A stretch of 60,940 bases of DNA, filler included, from Sluysia triapertura (GCA_046118255.1; 5 parts of 5 records of this genome joined end to end with filler, not necessarily neighbours in it); one strand, 5' to 3'; shown: positions 1 to 11,994, counted from the whole stretch's first letter. Translations and numbers: made by a program. The notes: generated by a model from the letters alone, not told the origin.

Positions 1-149
1 TGCACACACTTTAAAAGCAGAAACGATTATGCAAAACATTGTCCTTATTTAATCCTCTAAAACAATATGCAACATGATCTGCTTAAGCCTGAGAAACTTG
101 CAGAAATACGAGCAGAGCCAATTGGTCTTAGGGGCGACGAAAGGGTTAA
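1..149. mobile_element. Probable piggyBac element right end
   Basis: Relatively GC-rich stretch ending AAAGGG-TTAA (146-149); similar ends at 21935-21944 and 36699-36708. Confidence 0.4.
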
Positions 150-150
150 A

Positions 151-196
151 CTGACTTTTAAACTGACTTTTAAACTGACTTTTAAACTGACTTTTA
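151..196 (+). repeat. 12-bp tandem repeat (ctgacttttaaa), about 4 copies
   Basis: Directly visible right after the TTAA at 146-149. Confidence 0.9.
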
Positions 197-529
197 TCGA
201 CAATTAAAAACTTTTTTCTGTACCACTTGTTATTTATTTAAAAATAAGTATAAATATATGAATATACATGCGACAAAATTCTGATTGTCGCAGCATTTCA
301 CGTTTATTCATTTATTTATTTCATTTTAAGAAATCTCTTAATAATTTCTTTTTCATTTGTCAAACTGTTTTCAAACAATTTTATTGCTTTCTTTATTTTT
401 TCGTTGAAATCCGACACAAACTTATGAATTGAGTCGCCACAACCTGTACCAGTAATTTATTGGATAAATTCAGACTTCCGTTTAATATTGTTGAGGATTT
501 GCTAAGTAAGTACAATATCCTGAAAATAA

Positions 530-1030
530 AATATAATAATATTGTGCTCATAAAAGTAAGTACTCATAAGTGCTTAAAATAAATCATTCACCATAATATT
601 TCTGAAACACAAAGTGTACTACCTTTTTCTTAAATATTTCATAATCTTCCAGTAATTTGACAATCTCTGGTAACTGGTTATATATTTTTGAAATATAAAC
701 GGTATTTAACTTATCAACTAGCTTATCATTGTGGATTCTGTACGGATATAATCATCTTCGTTTCTAAATTTATTATTATTTCTAAGAGATATTCAGGACC
801 TCCGTAATGTAAACATTTGTAAATTATTGTCATGATTTTGATATGCTTTTACTGGCAACCAATGTAATTCCTTGAGATAAAGTATTTCATGAGATCTTCT
901 TCCCACTTGCAGAATTAGTCTTGCTGCTTGATTAATTATTAATTGTAATTTTTTCACCTTTCTATATGAATTGAGTACAATAAACTTTTCAAACTTTTTA
1001 TTTCTTAAAAATAAGAAATCATTAAGCATT
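530..1030 (-). mobile_element. 3' fragment of an L2/CR1-clade LINE (ORF2 C-terminus plus 3' UTR)
   Basis: ORF 793-1029 has KKLQLIINQAARLI..H..LKELHWLPV, the L2 ORF2 C-terminal motif; its 3' UTR recurs at 11690-11830, 11995-12080 and 28155-28312. Confidence 0.85.
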
Positions 1031-1086
1031 ACGCATAGTTTTGAATTCGATTCCGTGTTACAACTTTAATTGGGTTAGTTTACTTT

Positions 1087-1880
1087 TGTTGGATTGCCAT
1101 CATAACCCTCTAAAATTATGAAAAATATTATTAAAATTTCTTTTAAATCATTTAAAAAATATTTTAGTGTTTCCAAATATCCAAAAAACATTTATTTTCC
1201 AAAAAAGAAAATAGAATTTCTAAAAGAGAAAATTTGCTTCTATAAAAAGAATAGAAGCTTCTAGAATGTTCTAGAACATTCTAAAACATTTCACAGATTT
1301 TCGTTGGCTGATGACTAGTATATAAGCTAGCATCATTTTAATGCACATCGCCATTTTATTTATACTGTTATTTTTACAATCCATAGCCATTTTTATCAAT
1401 AACACAATATTCATTATCAATTTTAATTACTGTCTATTTTCAAGAATTTTTGTCTAATATACTTGGTATCTGGAAACTATATTCGTCATCCATGTCCACG
1501 GTAATTTGTGTTTTATAAGGGAATTTTTATCTCGGAGAAATATTTTACATTATTTATTTTTTCCTCAATGTAAGGAGAGGAAATTATAATATTAAAATTA
1601 TTGACTAAATTAAATATTTCATTGAAATTTTAATTTTAATTATCTTATTTATAGTTTTACAAAAATTTTTGTTAATAAAAGTTCAGCAGTGTTTGCTATT
1701 TTTGATAAATTGAAACCCTCCAGAAGTTGCTAGGATAAGAGTTATTACTAAGATAAGTAATATTATTGACTTATTAGTTACAGAGGTGCCAACTATTAGT
1801 TGTAAGACGCTTACTGTAACCGGACCTTGCTCAATTTTATTTTGCCGTAGGTTTAGCATTAAGGAAAACCACAGTACTTT
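1087..1880 (+). mobile_element. TGT-initiated repeat (LTR-like or TIR arm), copy 1
   Basis: Starts tgttggattgccatcataaccct; shares the tagaagcttctagaatgttcta and ttagttacagaggtgccaac..gtaagacgctta blocks with 60110-60674 in inverted orientation. Confidence 0.6.
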
Positions 1881-2099
1881 TTGTTGTGTTAAATGTAATT
1901 GATTATTAAGTTTTGAATCAAATTGATAATATATATTACTTAATATATTATTTAAATATATTATTTTTTTTGTTTTTTAAAACTAAATCAAAAGATTTTA
2001 TTTTGTTGGAAAAAAAAGTAAATAAAGATTAAAAAAACATTTATTACGAATTATAAAAATATATAAAATTTTATTATTTATAGTATTTTCAGATGCAAA

Positions 2100-4525
2100 A
2101 AGCCGGATTCTGCATACTTTTTTCAATTGGCTATGTTCCCAATCTAAAAAGTAAATAAAATTCATAATGTTATAAGCATAAATAAAAGTATAGGATACTT
2201 GTTGTTTGTTTTGATTTCAGTGTAGCTAGTAGTTCGTAATAGAAGCTCTTTGAGCAGTCTGACTATTCTCGTTGATTGATGACTACAGAATGATCCAATG
2301 TTATTTTCAGATGTTAATTCATACGTGGTATGCGCGTAGGGAGTTTTATAATCATTATCATCATAATACTTAATGTAATTAATGCCATACTTACTTTCTT
2401 GCACTCGATGTTCAGCATCTTTAACATGCTTGACGTGATAACTATTTTCTTTATATTGTTCAAAATTAACACAATTATTTTTATGGTAGTTGACATGATT
2501 GTTGTATTCATTGTATGCTTTGATATTGTATTCATCGTCTTTACGGTCACAGTTATCGACGTAGCAAGGTTTAACATAAAAATCATAGTCTTTATAATTA
2601 TCATCTTATAGTCATCATTGTAGGTATCGTAAGAATTGACTTTATTGTTGTCATCTTTATAATAATCGTTACTGATATCATAACTATTAACTTTAAGGTT
2701 GTTATCTTTAAAATCATCATTAACGATATCATAAATATTAGCTTTAAGTTTAGCATCTTTATAATCATCATTATAGATGTTGCAAGTATTAGGTTTAATG
2801 TTGTCATCTTTATAATCATCATTGTTGGTATCATAAGTATTAAGTTTAATGTTGTCATCTTTATGATCGTCATTATTGATATCGTAAGTATTAGATTTAA
2901 GGTTATCATCTTTATAATCATCATTATTGACATCGTAATCTTTATATTTATATTGTTTAAAATGGTTATTATAACAATTCAAGTCCATTTTTGATTTACT
3001 GTTTAGGATAAATTGAAGCTGTTTTTTAATTTTCTTGTTCAGATTATGATTAATTGACATTAAAAATATAACTGAGAAAATTGTGATTAAAATTGCCTGA
3101 TTTAATTTTTATGTTACCAAATTTTGAAATTGAGTATAATTATTTGTGCCAAAAATAGACATTAACATTGTATTTAATATTGCGTTCTGATTGGTTGTTT
3201 AATAGTACTGATGAACTGTTTGCTAACATACACATAATGATGTTAAATTTTTAAACATCAATGTGATTTGTCGTCCAACCAGAGAAAAATAAAGTAGTGA
3301 TGATAACAACTTTGGTTGGACGACCAGTAATAATGTGCATGATGGAATGAGCGAGAGATAAGCTACCATCCATGTTGACATTGATTTATACACAGTGATT
3401 AGTTATGTCAACATGGATGACGATAATTGCTGATTTATATCAAAATTAAAATCTTTTTAAAAATAATTAATAAAAATATAAAATTAAAAATGATAGCAAT
3501 AATAATAATAACAGAAGTATCATCATTATTATTTTTATTACCACATAAATTCTTATTTCTTATGTTAACACGAACTTTTCTTTGATTTTCTTAATTTTCT
3601 GGACATATTTGAAATAATTAAAGAAAATTAAATATACAAATAATAATAAAAATTAAAAATAGTAACAATAATAATAATAACAAAATGTTATTTTCATTAT
3701 CATTATAAACACATAAATTCTTTAAAATCTTGAAGTTTACATGATCTTCCTTTATTCTTTAACCTTTCTAACATATAAAAGTATTGGATAATTGTGAATT
3801 TATAAAGTTTTAGTGTACCTAAACAACTTATTTTGTAGTTCTAAAGTTATGAGTTTGAATGTTGGAAGCTTATGATTTGAATATTTTAGAATAATATGAG
3901 TGTTTTGAATGAAATTGATTTGGTTGTTAGGCTTTAATGGTACAAGATCATGAATTTATAATGCTTGATTGTTATGGATATAGATGTTGATTAAATTCGA
4001 ATGTGATTGTGTTTGAAATTTATAAATGTGTAGCTTGGCGTATAAAAGTAGGTAAGTTATAGTCTAACTTCTGTATGTTCAGAAGGTGATTATACACTAC
4101 TGAATTGTAATTTAAATTGAATTGTTAAGAATGAAAATTAAAATATTTTAGATGGATTTCAATGTGATTTAATGGTTTAAGATGTTATTGTGGTTTGGAT
4201 GTTATGAGGTGTCGAATAAATATTTTTGATGAATCGCTTGATGTAGATTGATGGTATTATATGTTATGAGATTGTAGGCCTGCAGTATTCTGAAAAGTGA
4301 AAGTTTACCCTGATGGCTCTGAAGAGAAATAAGATATAAAAACCGTTGTGATGAATTTTACAAGGTTGTTGTATGTTATTAAAGAATATGATTTTAGTTT
4401 TGTTGGATTAATTTTAAGTAAATTTAAAAATGTGTATTGTGTATTTTGAAGGCTTATGTGGTTTTAATATATTTGGACTAGGCTTTTTAGTAAAATTTAT
4501 TAAGATTAATGGGTTGGCCACCACA
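2100..4525. mobile_element. Copy A of a dispersed ~2-2.5 kb element (DYKDD-repeat ORF, twin hairpins, AAT tract, GT-rich arm, terminus GGTTGGCCACCACA)
   Basis: Colinear with 38860-40798 (3940-4525 vs 40340-40798 closely similar) and with 31490-32560; left boundary approximate. Confidence 0.75.
2162..3060 (-). pseudogene. D/N/K/Y-rich tandem-repeat ORF (17-aa unit), one frameshift near 2605, ~300 aa if repaired
   Basis: About 6.5 copies of YDxxNDDYKDDNxKxNT (2605-2937, 51-nt period); the same composition continues in the frame of ORF 2162-2404. Confidence 0.5.
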
Positions 4526-4602
4526 TAAAGGATAGTTACATTAATCAAATAAGAATTATATAGTCATTCGAAGCAATAAAATATTTTTGGCTTCCGTAAC
4601 AT

Positions 4603-4822
4603 CGCGAATATTTAAGGCTAAAGATTCAAAAAATACTGCATGTGCAACTATCATGCAAAATTATATGAAACGTTGGATCTTTACGTTGTAGTAGATGTTG
4701 AAGGTAGAATAACTGGTAAAAGTTCTTCAAAATCCAATAATACTAATCCAAAATAAAACGAAAATGTCAATTTTGACTGTATGAATAATAGTGCATATTA
4801 TGAAGGTTTAATTATGTTTTAG
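4603..4822 (+). pseudogene. Decayed C2-domain fragment resembling novel PKC (epsilon/eta) N-terminus
   Basis: YLRLKI (frameshift) LDLYVVVDVEGRITGKSSSKSNNTNPK*NENVNFD vs LDPY..xVD..IG.T..K.KT..PxWxEEF; TAA at 4754-4756 sits at the conserved Trp. Confidence 0.5.
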
Positions 4823-7800
4823 TATGTAAATTTCACTATATTATATAGTTATTACACCAATCATTTAATAATAAAATTTTGTTTCTATTTTATTCGTTTT
4901 AGGACAGATATCCATCCATGCATAAGTTCTACTCTTCACCAACATTTAATTTGTAACAGATATTACAAACATCAGACAATATTACAATCTCATCTAAGTT
5001 CTTTACATCACTTAAATATGTTATAATATCATTTAAACCTTTGATTCATTAAAAATGCAAAAAAATATTCACATAAATTTGTAATAACGAAAGTGATGTT
5101 ACAAAATTTTGATATCTATCAGGGTGCTTATTTTGCGAAAAACTTTAAGTTAATATTGTGCAAATTCTGTAAAGCATTAAAATAAATTTTAAAATAAATC
5201 ATAAGATTTATTACATTAAACTTTTAAATGTTTCCGATTTTTGATTTTTTAATTGTGTTGAGTTGAAGTTTGAATTCACCACAGTAATAGTTACAATACT
5301 TAGTCAGAAAACCATGACTTATGGATTTCATAATCAAAGTTAATTTTCATGATGGACAAAATTCAGAAAAAAATGTTTTAGAAAAAATAATGTTCAAATT
5401 TAAAATAAAAAGAAAATAAAGTATTTCGCTTGATTTATTTAAATAAAATTTACTTAGTGGTTTATGATACCGTGTAGGTGACTGAGATATCTCTATTGTG
5501 ATTTTATTTTCTTTATGAAAATAAATTAAAAAAATGCGAAATCATAAATTCATTTGAAAACGTGTAATATATAAGTTCTAGACCACATGTTTGTTTAGAT
5601 CACTTGAAAGTTCAAAATACAATTAATTGAACATAAAATTTTATTAATTAACCTGTTTATTAGCACTGTTACATGTTAAATATCAAAAGTATCCTTAAAT
5701 AAAATAGATATTTTGTTTTAAAAGTTATTAAAGTTCATGTTGCAAAATAAAATTAACATTAAATTAATGCATTTAATTTTGTTATTTAATTATACTATCT
5801 TTCACAACAAGAATATAAAAGTCTAATTATTCCGAATATTTTTAAAGGCAACTTCTGAATTTTTATAGATACTAATTTCAAATATCTTCAAATCGATTAT
5901 ATAAAGCAATTAAAAATCATTTGCACATAAACTATAACATTATTGTACAAATTTCGAAAGCCTAAGGGACCCTAATCATCCACTATCTTTGGAATGATTA
6001 GAGCTCACGGTACTCCAAAAGAAATTGCAGGTTGACCGCCGTGCATTATGTTTTCTAAGTATAATGAAGTTTTAATCATTCAATTTATTCAATTTCATAT
6101 CTTACATAAAAAAGAAAAGGAAATCATTTGTAAAATTTCTTTCAACTTTCAACTTATATCTGTATAAACAAGTACTTATAAAAATAGCTTCCTTAATAAA
6201 CATATTTTTGATTCAAGCATTAAAAACATTTATCAATAGGTAGTCATCTTGATATTAATAAAATTATCTTGAATTTTTTTAATTCCTAATTTATAATTTA
6301 GTCTATTATTAATATACTTTCATTAAATTTCCAAAAAGAATTATTTGGCATTATGACAAGGATAGATTTAGATCAAAGAAAGTACGTGTTAAAGAAAGTT
6401 TTAAATATTTTATTTAAACTATATTACCATTTGACAGTGTACAATAATAAAAGAAATTTTTGATATTACAAAAACTGCCTTGGCGATAATGGTCATTGGA
6501 TTCATTATGAATATAATTGTGTCGAATTATTTACACCGCTTGTCCTTTATCTTAATGAAGCTGAGAAAATTCTATAGCTCTATTTTTCAACCGAAATAGC
6601 TCTGTTATTTCATAAGAAAATTAAAAAATTAACAGGTAATTAACAGATAATCGCACAAATATATTATACAGATTTTCAGGAATAAAGTTCAGTCAATAAA
6701 ACACAAAATTAATATTAATCATATTAATTAACACTTATGATAACCGTACAAAATTTTAGAAAAATATTTGAGTATAATTTCTAAAAATAATAATCAATTA
6801 AATGAAAGTAGAATTTACTGCCCTTATTATTAAATTCAAATATGCAATCTCATACCACTTCGTTATTAATATTCTACAACACATTATATCTGTAGTACAT
6901 TTTCGAGATAAAACAATTAAATGTTCAATAATTTTAACATATTTATCCTAAGTTCGATATTGAAAAAAATATAGTTTTTGTACTAATAATTACTTTGAAT
7001 ATCTATCAAAATTTTTATTTTAGCAATAAAATTTCTAACGTCTTTTTAAAGTAAAATGTCCCTTAAAAATTAAAAGGCTAAATTTTCATATTTGATATTC
7101 AACTGAAAATTTTCTAACTATAATGTAAATTAATGACTAAAATTACTTTAAATTTATATAATTAAAACTTGAAATTAATTTATAATTATTTAATGTAATT
7201 AATAAATATAAAGTTATTCATATGCATAATTTCTAAAATACGTCCTTAAATGTAATGCTTGAGTATAAGTTGTATGTATATCAAATGATTGAATGTTTGA
7301 ATTATAAATAAAATTTTATTTAACACAAAAATGAAATTAGCTCTAAAATCTCTCCATTTATTCTTGTTACAATATTAATATATTTAAAACTATTTTTATC
7401 GAAAGTGTCAAAAGACGCATTTTGAAATTACCACTTTACATTATTGTCATTATTTAATCGTTTTTCCTCAATTAAGTTTTTGACTTTTCTTATAGCGGCT
7501 TTTGAATTATTGGTATATTTTTTCTTCAATACCTTTATGGAGCTAAAAAAAAGTATTCAGAAAACCTATTCCTACCCTAAGATGCCTTTTGAGACCTTAA
7601 AAATTTTATAAAATTATGTAACCTTTACACACAAATATCAACTCCATTTCAATTATTACGAATCCTTGTTGTAGTTATTTCATTATAATTATATTTGAAA
7701 ATTTGGAATTGATAAGACCAAAGTCGAGCTATGAAATTTATTTCGTGCATATTTATTCATATTTATTATCGTAAAAAATTTGTTGAAATATTATAAATAC

Positions 7801-8109
7801 TTTTACATTGTAATTTATTTTTATTCTAATTTTTTTCTAATGATAGGGTTATCAAGAATGAAAAAAATTAAAGATGTATAGATAATATGGATAAATATCC
7901 TGGGACAGAATCACAATATGCAAGTGCAAATGAATTACGTGATTTTTTTTGAAAGTGATCGTAAAATCCATAGCGAATATTAAGAAAATATTTTGAATGG
8001 GTATAAAAATAAAGAGAATGCTAATGATAGATTCTGAGGATGAAGATAGTGAAGAAACCAGATAAATTTGGCACAAAAGCTAGTTTAAATGCCAGGAGTA
8101 AGAAGTGAA

Positions 8110-8330
8110 TTGAACCACTTCGTAGAGATTTTTTTATTCCAATTGGAAAAACTAGCAGGAATGTACCAAGAACCATTTCCGGAAAGAGAAAACCTTCAAG
8201 ATCTAGTAAAATCACTTCTACAAAAAGAAATAAAAGATGCCAAATAAAATGCTGTTCAGGTAACAGAGCAACTAAAATGTGCTCAGTATAAAAAATACAA
8301 ATACAGAAAATGTTTAGCATATCTAAAAAT
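8110..8330 (+). pseudogene. Decayed piggyBac-like transposase C-terminal cysteine-rich region
   Basis: LRRDFFIPIGK ... KRNKRCQIKCCSGNRATKMCSV* resembles the PGBD C-terminal RRxF..L / KRC..C..(K/R)T...C..C pattern. Confidence 0.4.
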
Positions 8331-8569
8331 TGTGATGGTAAGAAAGACGTATTTTTGTTATTTTTTTATTATTGCAATGATAAAATAATTACATATAAAA
8401 TTAAAGTTTATTTTTAACAATTATTTTCATGATATTTGCAAAAAAATAAAAAAGCTTTTGTTCTAAGTTAAAAAAGTGATATCTTCTTATTCACATTTTT
8501 TTTACTTTTGCAATAAAAAATAAAATTTACATTTTCAATAGCTCCTTATTTTCTTTAGAATATCTTAAT

Positions 8570-11314
8570 TTAATACAAACCTGTACTCAGATTTTCATTT
8601 TCTTCTAAGCGTATGTCTTTCTTTTCCTTGTCATTATCTTCGTCTTCGTCTTCGACTGCGCTTTCGTCTTCATCTTCATCTTCATCTTCATCTTCTTCAT
8701 TATCCTCAACTTCATCCTTACCAGAATACTGATTAATTATAGACATAGTCGAATCCCTTAATATTACCATACATTTATTTAGAGCTTCTCGGCCTGTATA
8801 AGTTTTATCAACATCAAAATTATCTTTAATTTTTTTAAAAATATTGTTCATAATCGTTCTTAAATCTGAAGCCAATTTTTCATTATCAATTTGCAATCTG
8901 TTATCTTTATTAGAGTTCAATTCTTGTTTTTTGTACATTTCTAAGTGTAACATCAAATTCGTTGATTTTGATTCTGCGTTTTCTAATTCAACAAGCAATT
9001 TTTCTGATTTATCTTTTAATGATGCATTTTCAGTTTCAATTTTTTGCAATTTATAGTGCAATTCATTAAATTGAGATAATTTCAATTGTGTTTCATTCAA
9101 ATCTTGTAATAATTGTTTATTATTATTTTTTACTGCTTCTAATTCTGAAAGAACATTCGCATTCGAGTATGAAACTTTTTCTCGTAATTCAAGCAACTCT
9201 CTGTTCGAATTCGATATTTCTACCATTAATTGATTGTTTCTTTCAGACAATTTGGTTATTTTTCCTGCTTCAGATTTTCTTAATTCATCAAATTGTATCT
9301 CCCAATCCCGAGTAAGGTTTTCAATTTCTTTATTTAAATCTGTATGCTTAGTAGATGACTTCTGACGCTCAACTTTTAATTTACGTTTCCATTCTTCTAT
9401 TTCATTACTGTGTTGTTCTCTTAATTCTTGGAGTTCTGAATCATATTCTTTGCGAACAATAATAATATTTTCATTCATTGTTGATATTTGCTTCTTTAAA
9501 TCTTCAATCTTTTGTATAAATTTGTTTTCTTTTGCTACAAAATCTTCCTTCAAAACATTAAATTCAGATTGTTTGTGACTATCAGATTTTTGAATTTCTT
9601 TCAAATCATTTAATTCTATAATGGTAGAATTGTGTTTTATCTTTAAATCTTGAAATTCTTCTGTCAATTTCGTAAGTTGTTCAAAATACTCAAGTGACTG
9701 AGACTTATACTTAGCAACATCCGAATGCAGGTTATCTACCTTCATTTGTGTGTCACTTAATTCAGATGTTTTTTGGCTTAAGCTTCTTATATATTTCAAT
9801 TTTTCTTCTTCTAATTCTAAAATTTTGTTGTGATGTTCAGTGACACTTGAACTTAAAGACACCGATTTACGCTCTAAAATACTATGACTATCATCTAAAT
9901 ATTGCTGATTTGTTTTCAATAACTCATTTATTCTTTTATTTAGAGACTCTATAGTACTAGATTTTTGAGAGCACTCATCTTTTAACGAATCATTCTCAAC
10001 AATAATTCGTTTAATATTATCATAAACATTTTCTGCATCCATATAACGACTAAGGCGTTTAGACGAAACTGCTGAAGAACCGGAATCTAATTTTTCCAAA
10101 ATCTTATCCAATTTATCTTGTAATTTACTTAATGCTATTCGAGTTTCAGTATTATTCTGCCGCGTTTCTGTAAACAATATGGTTAAATCATTATTACTTG
10201 ATTGTGGCAAAACCAAAGGAACAGTAGTAATACTAGGAGTGAAATTAGAATAAGTTTGATTATTTGATTGATATGGCAACAACTGGCTGCTCCCTACGAC
10301 ATACGAAGCATTATAATCGCTAACAGAAACATAAGGTGTTGTAATGACAGTCGATGGAATGGATTTAGTGGGAAAGGAAGGAGGATCATTTACAAAGTTG
10401 TCTGTACTATTGAAACCAACTATAGGTTTACCCATTTTTGCCATTCTCGATAACAATTCCGTTTTTTTTGATTCTTGGTCACTTTTATCAACATGTAAAT
10501 TTGAAACTGAAGCATCGGTATCTCCAAAATCAGGCAAATTAGGTCTTTCAACTTTTGATTTAAACCTTATTAATTTTATGTGCAAAAGCACATCTGTATC
10601 AGAAGGAATATCTACATTACTGGACTTTATCATAATACTTTTTGAAGATATTACAATAATTCTCCATCCACCTTTAGACATACCGACAGTAAGTTTATCG
10701 ATTACTGGTAATATTTTATTAGATCCTAATTTCAAACGTACTAACTTATTTTCCAAGTCATTTGTTGAATAAAGTGTGCGGGTAATTTCACCACTGGAAA
10801 TTGAATAAATGTTAATCTCCAATTCACATAAATCATTGTCACTACAACTACAACCTTCTCCTAATTTATAATCTACAGATACATATTCCTGTTTCGAAAC
10901 TACGAACTTACATATACATATTCGATTAAGAAAATCTCTTACAGATTCCGAAGAATCAAATATTACTGACCAATTGTCACTTTTGTTGTCATAAAAAGAC
11001 ACATAAGAATCTTTACTGCATGTAACATTAAAATCCAAATTTATATTACACTGAGTCACAGCTTGACTTCCTTTTGCATAAATTAAAATACTATAATTAT
11101 TTGTCTTAGATTCTAATAATGCAAGTCCGAGTTTGCCTTTATTTTCATATTTTCCATTAATCAATTTATAAGCATTAACTTGATAGGCTTTAAGCAAAGG
11201 ATTATTATTTTGACTAGTTCCTTTGATATTCTTCTTACTTACTGGAGTATCATTAGATGGAAGCAATTCATCTTCGCTAAAATTTGATGTGTGCATAAAT
11301 GTAGAATTAAACAT
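8570..11314 (-). CDS. FKBP15: FK506-binding protein 15 (FKBP15/WAFL) orthologue, 914 aa, single uninterrupted ORF
   Basis: N-terminal WH1/PH-like segment (KGKLGLALL..NYSILIY..SFYDNKSDNWSVIFDS); degenerate FKBP domain (RLKLGSNKILPVIDKLTVGMSKGGWRIIVI); family motifs LLSRMAKMGKP, TETRQNNTETRIALSKLQDKLD, NIKRIIVENDSLK; long coiled coil; IMNNIFKKIKDNF..YTG block; acidic tail. Confidence 0.93.
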   Translation of the reverse strand: MFNSTFMHTSNFSEDELLPSNDTPVSKKNIKGTSQNNNPLLKAYQVNAYKLINGKYENKGKLGLALLESKTNNYSILIYAKGSQAVTQCNINLDFNVTCSKDSYVSFYDNKSDNWSVIFDSSESVRDFLNRICICKFVVSKQEYVSVDYKLGEGCSCSDNDLCELEINIYSISSGEITRTLYSTNDLENKLVRLKLGSNKILPVIDKLTVGMSKGGWRIIVISSKSIMIKSSNVDIPSDTDVLLHIKLIRFKSKVERPNLPDFGDTDASVSNLHVDKSDQESKKTELLSRMAKMGKPIVGFNSTDNFVNDPPSFPTKSIPSTVITTPYVSVSDYNASYVVGSSQLLPYQSNNQTYSNFTPSITTVPLVLPQSSNNDLTILFTETRQNNTETRIALSKLQDKLDKILEKLDSGSSAVSSKRLSRYMDAENVYDNIKRIIVENDSLKDECSQKSSTIESLNKRINELLKTNQQYLDDSHSILERKSVSLSSSVTEHHNKILELEEEKLKYIRSLSQKTSELSDTQMKVDNLHSDVAKYKSQSLEYFEQLTKLTEEFQDLKIKHNSTIIELNDLKEIQKSDSHKQSEFNVLKEDFVAKENKFIQKIEDLKKQISTMNENIIIVRKEYDSELQELREQHSNEIEEWKRKLKVERQKSSTKHTDLNKEIENLTRDWEIQFDELRKSEAGKITKLSERNNQLMVEISNSNRELLELREKVSYSNANVLSELEAVKNNNKQLLQDLNETQLKLSQFNELHYKLQKIETENASLKDKSEKLLVELENAESKSTNLMLHLEMYKKQELNSNKDNRLQIDNEKLASDLRTIMNNIFKKIKDNFDVDKTYTGREALNKCMVILRDSTMSIINQYSGKDEVEDNEEDEDEDEDEDESAVEDEDEDNDKEKKDIRLEENENLSTGLY

Positions 11315-11689
11315 AAAAAGATGAGAATTAATGTAAAATAAATCAAAATAAATTAATATTATAAATGAAAAAAGTATAACATAATTTCGAATATTTGAAT
11401 ATCGTAAGTAAAAATCAAGAATTTATTCAAATTCATGAATGATTTATTTGATTTTAATGAAGGAATATTTCATATAAATATATTAAAACAATTTGTAAAA
11501 TAATTTTAAGATATTAAGGATAAGATTGCCACATTTAAAATTGAGATAAATACATTTGGAATAAATAACTAATAAATTGGTAAACTCTCAAAAGTCTTTC
11601 GAAATGTTACAAAACACTGTTAGATTTTCATAATGTCTGGTAATAATTTTGTTGGGTTGTGGGAAATTATGTGATTGTAAAGATATTAA

Positions 11690-11830
11690 TAATAATATTA
11701 TTATTTCACATTCCATTCATATCTACTGCAAAATACGTACTCAAAAACGCTTAAAATAAATCATTCACTATAATATTCCTGAAGCAAAAAGAACTTCGTC
11801 TTTTTCTTAAATATTTCATAATGTTGCTTC
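11690..11830 (-). mobile_element. L2 LINE 3' end fragment
   Basis: Matches 545-645 (gtactca..aa.gcttaaaataaatcattcac.ataat..ctgaa..tttttcttaaatatttcataat) and ends in a (TAT)n-type tail. Confidence 0.75.
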
Positions 11831-11994
11831 TTTGAAATTAATAGTAACAATAAATCAATATCAGTTTACTTTACTTAAATAGAATCTTAGTAATTTCAAT
11901 ATTCACTAAATCAAGTATAAATTACAGCAAATATTCTTATTTTATTAATAATATTAATTGTAAATATATATAATTAAATTTTAATGTATGTAAG

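Noticed and set aside
2330-2933. Hydrophobic I/M/F-rich ORFs 2330-2611 (+), 2601-2933 (-) and 39132-39428 (+) as membrane proteins
   Set aside because: They are antisense or alternate-frame shadows of the D/N/K/Y repeat.
8844-10772. Plus-strand ORFs within FKBP15, and 42586-42789 within RPS3
   Set aside because: Antisense shadows of real genes with no recognisable motifs.
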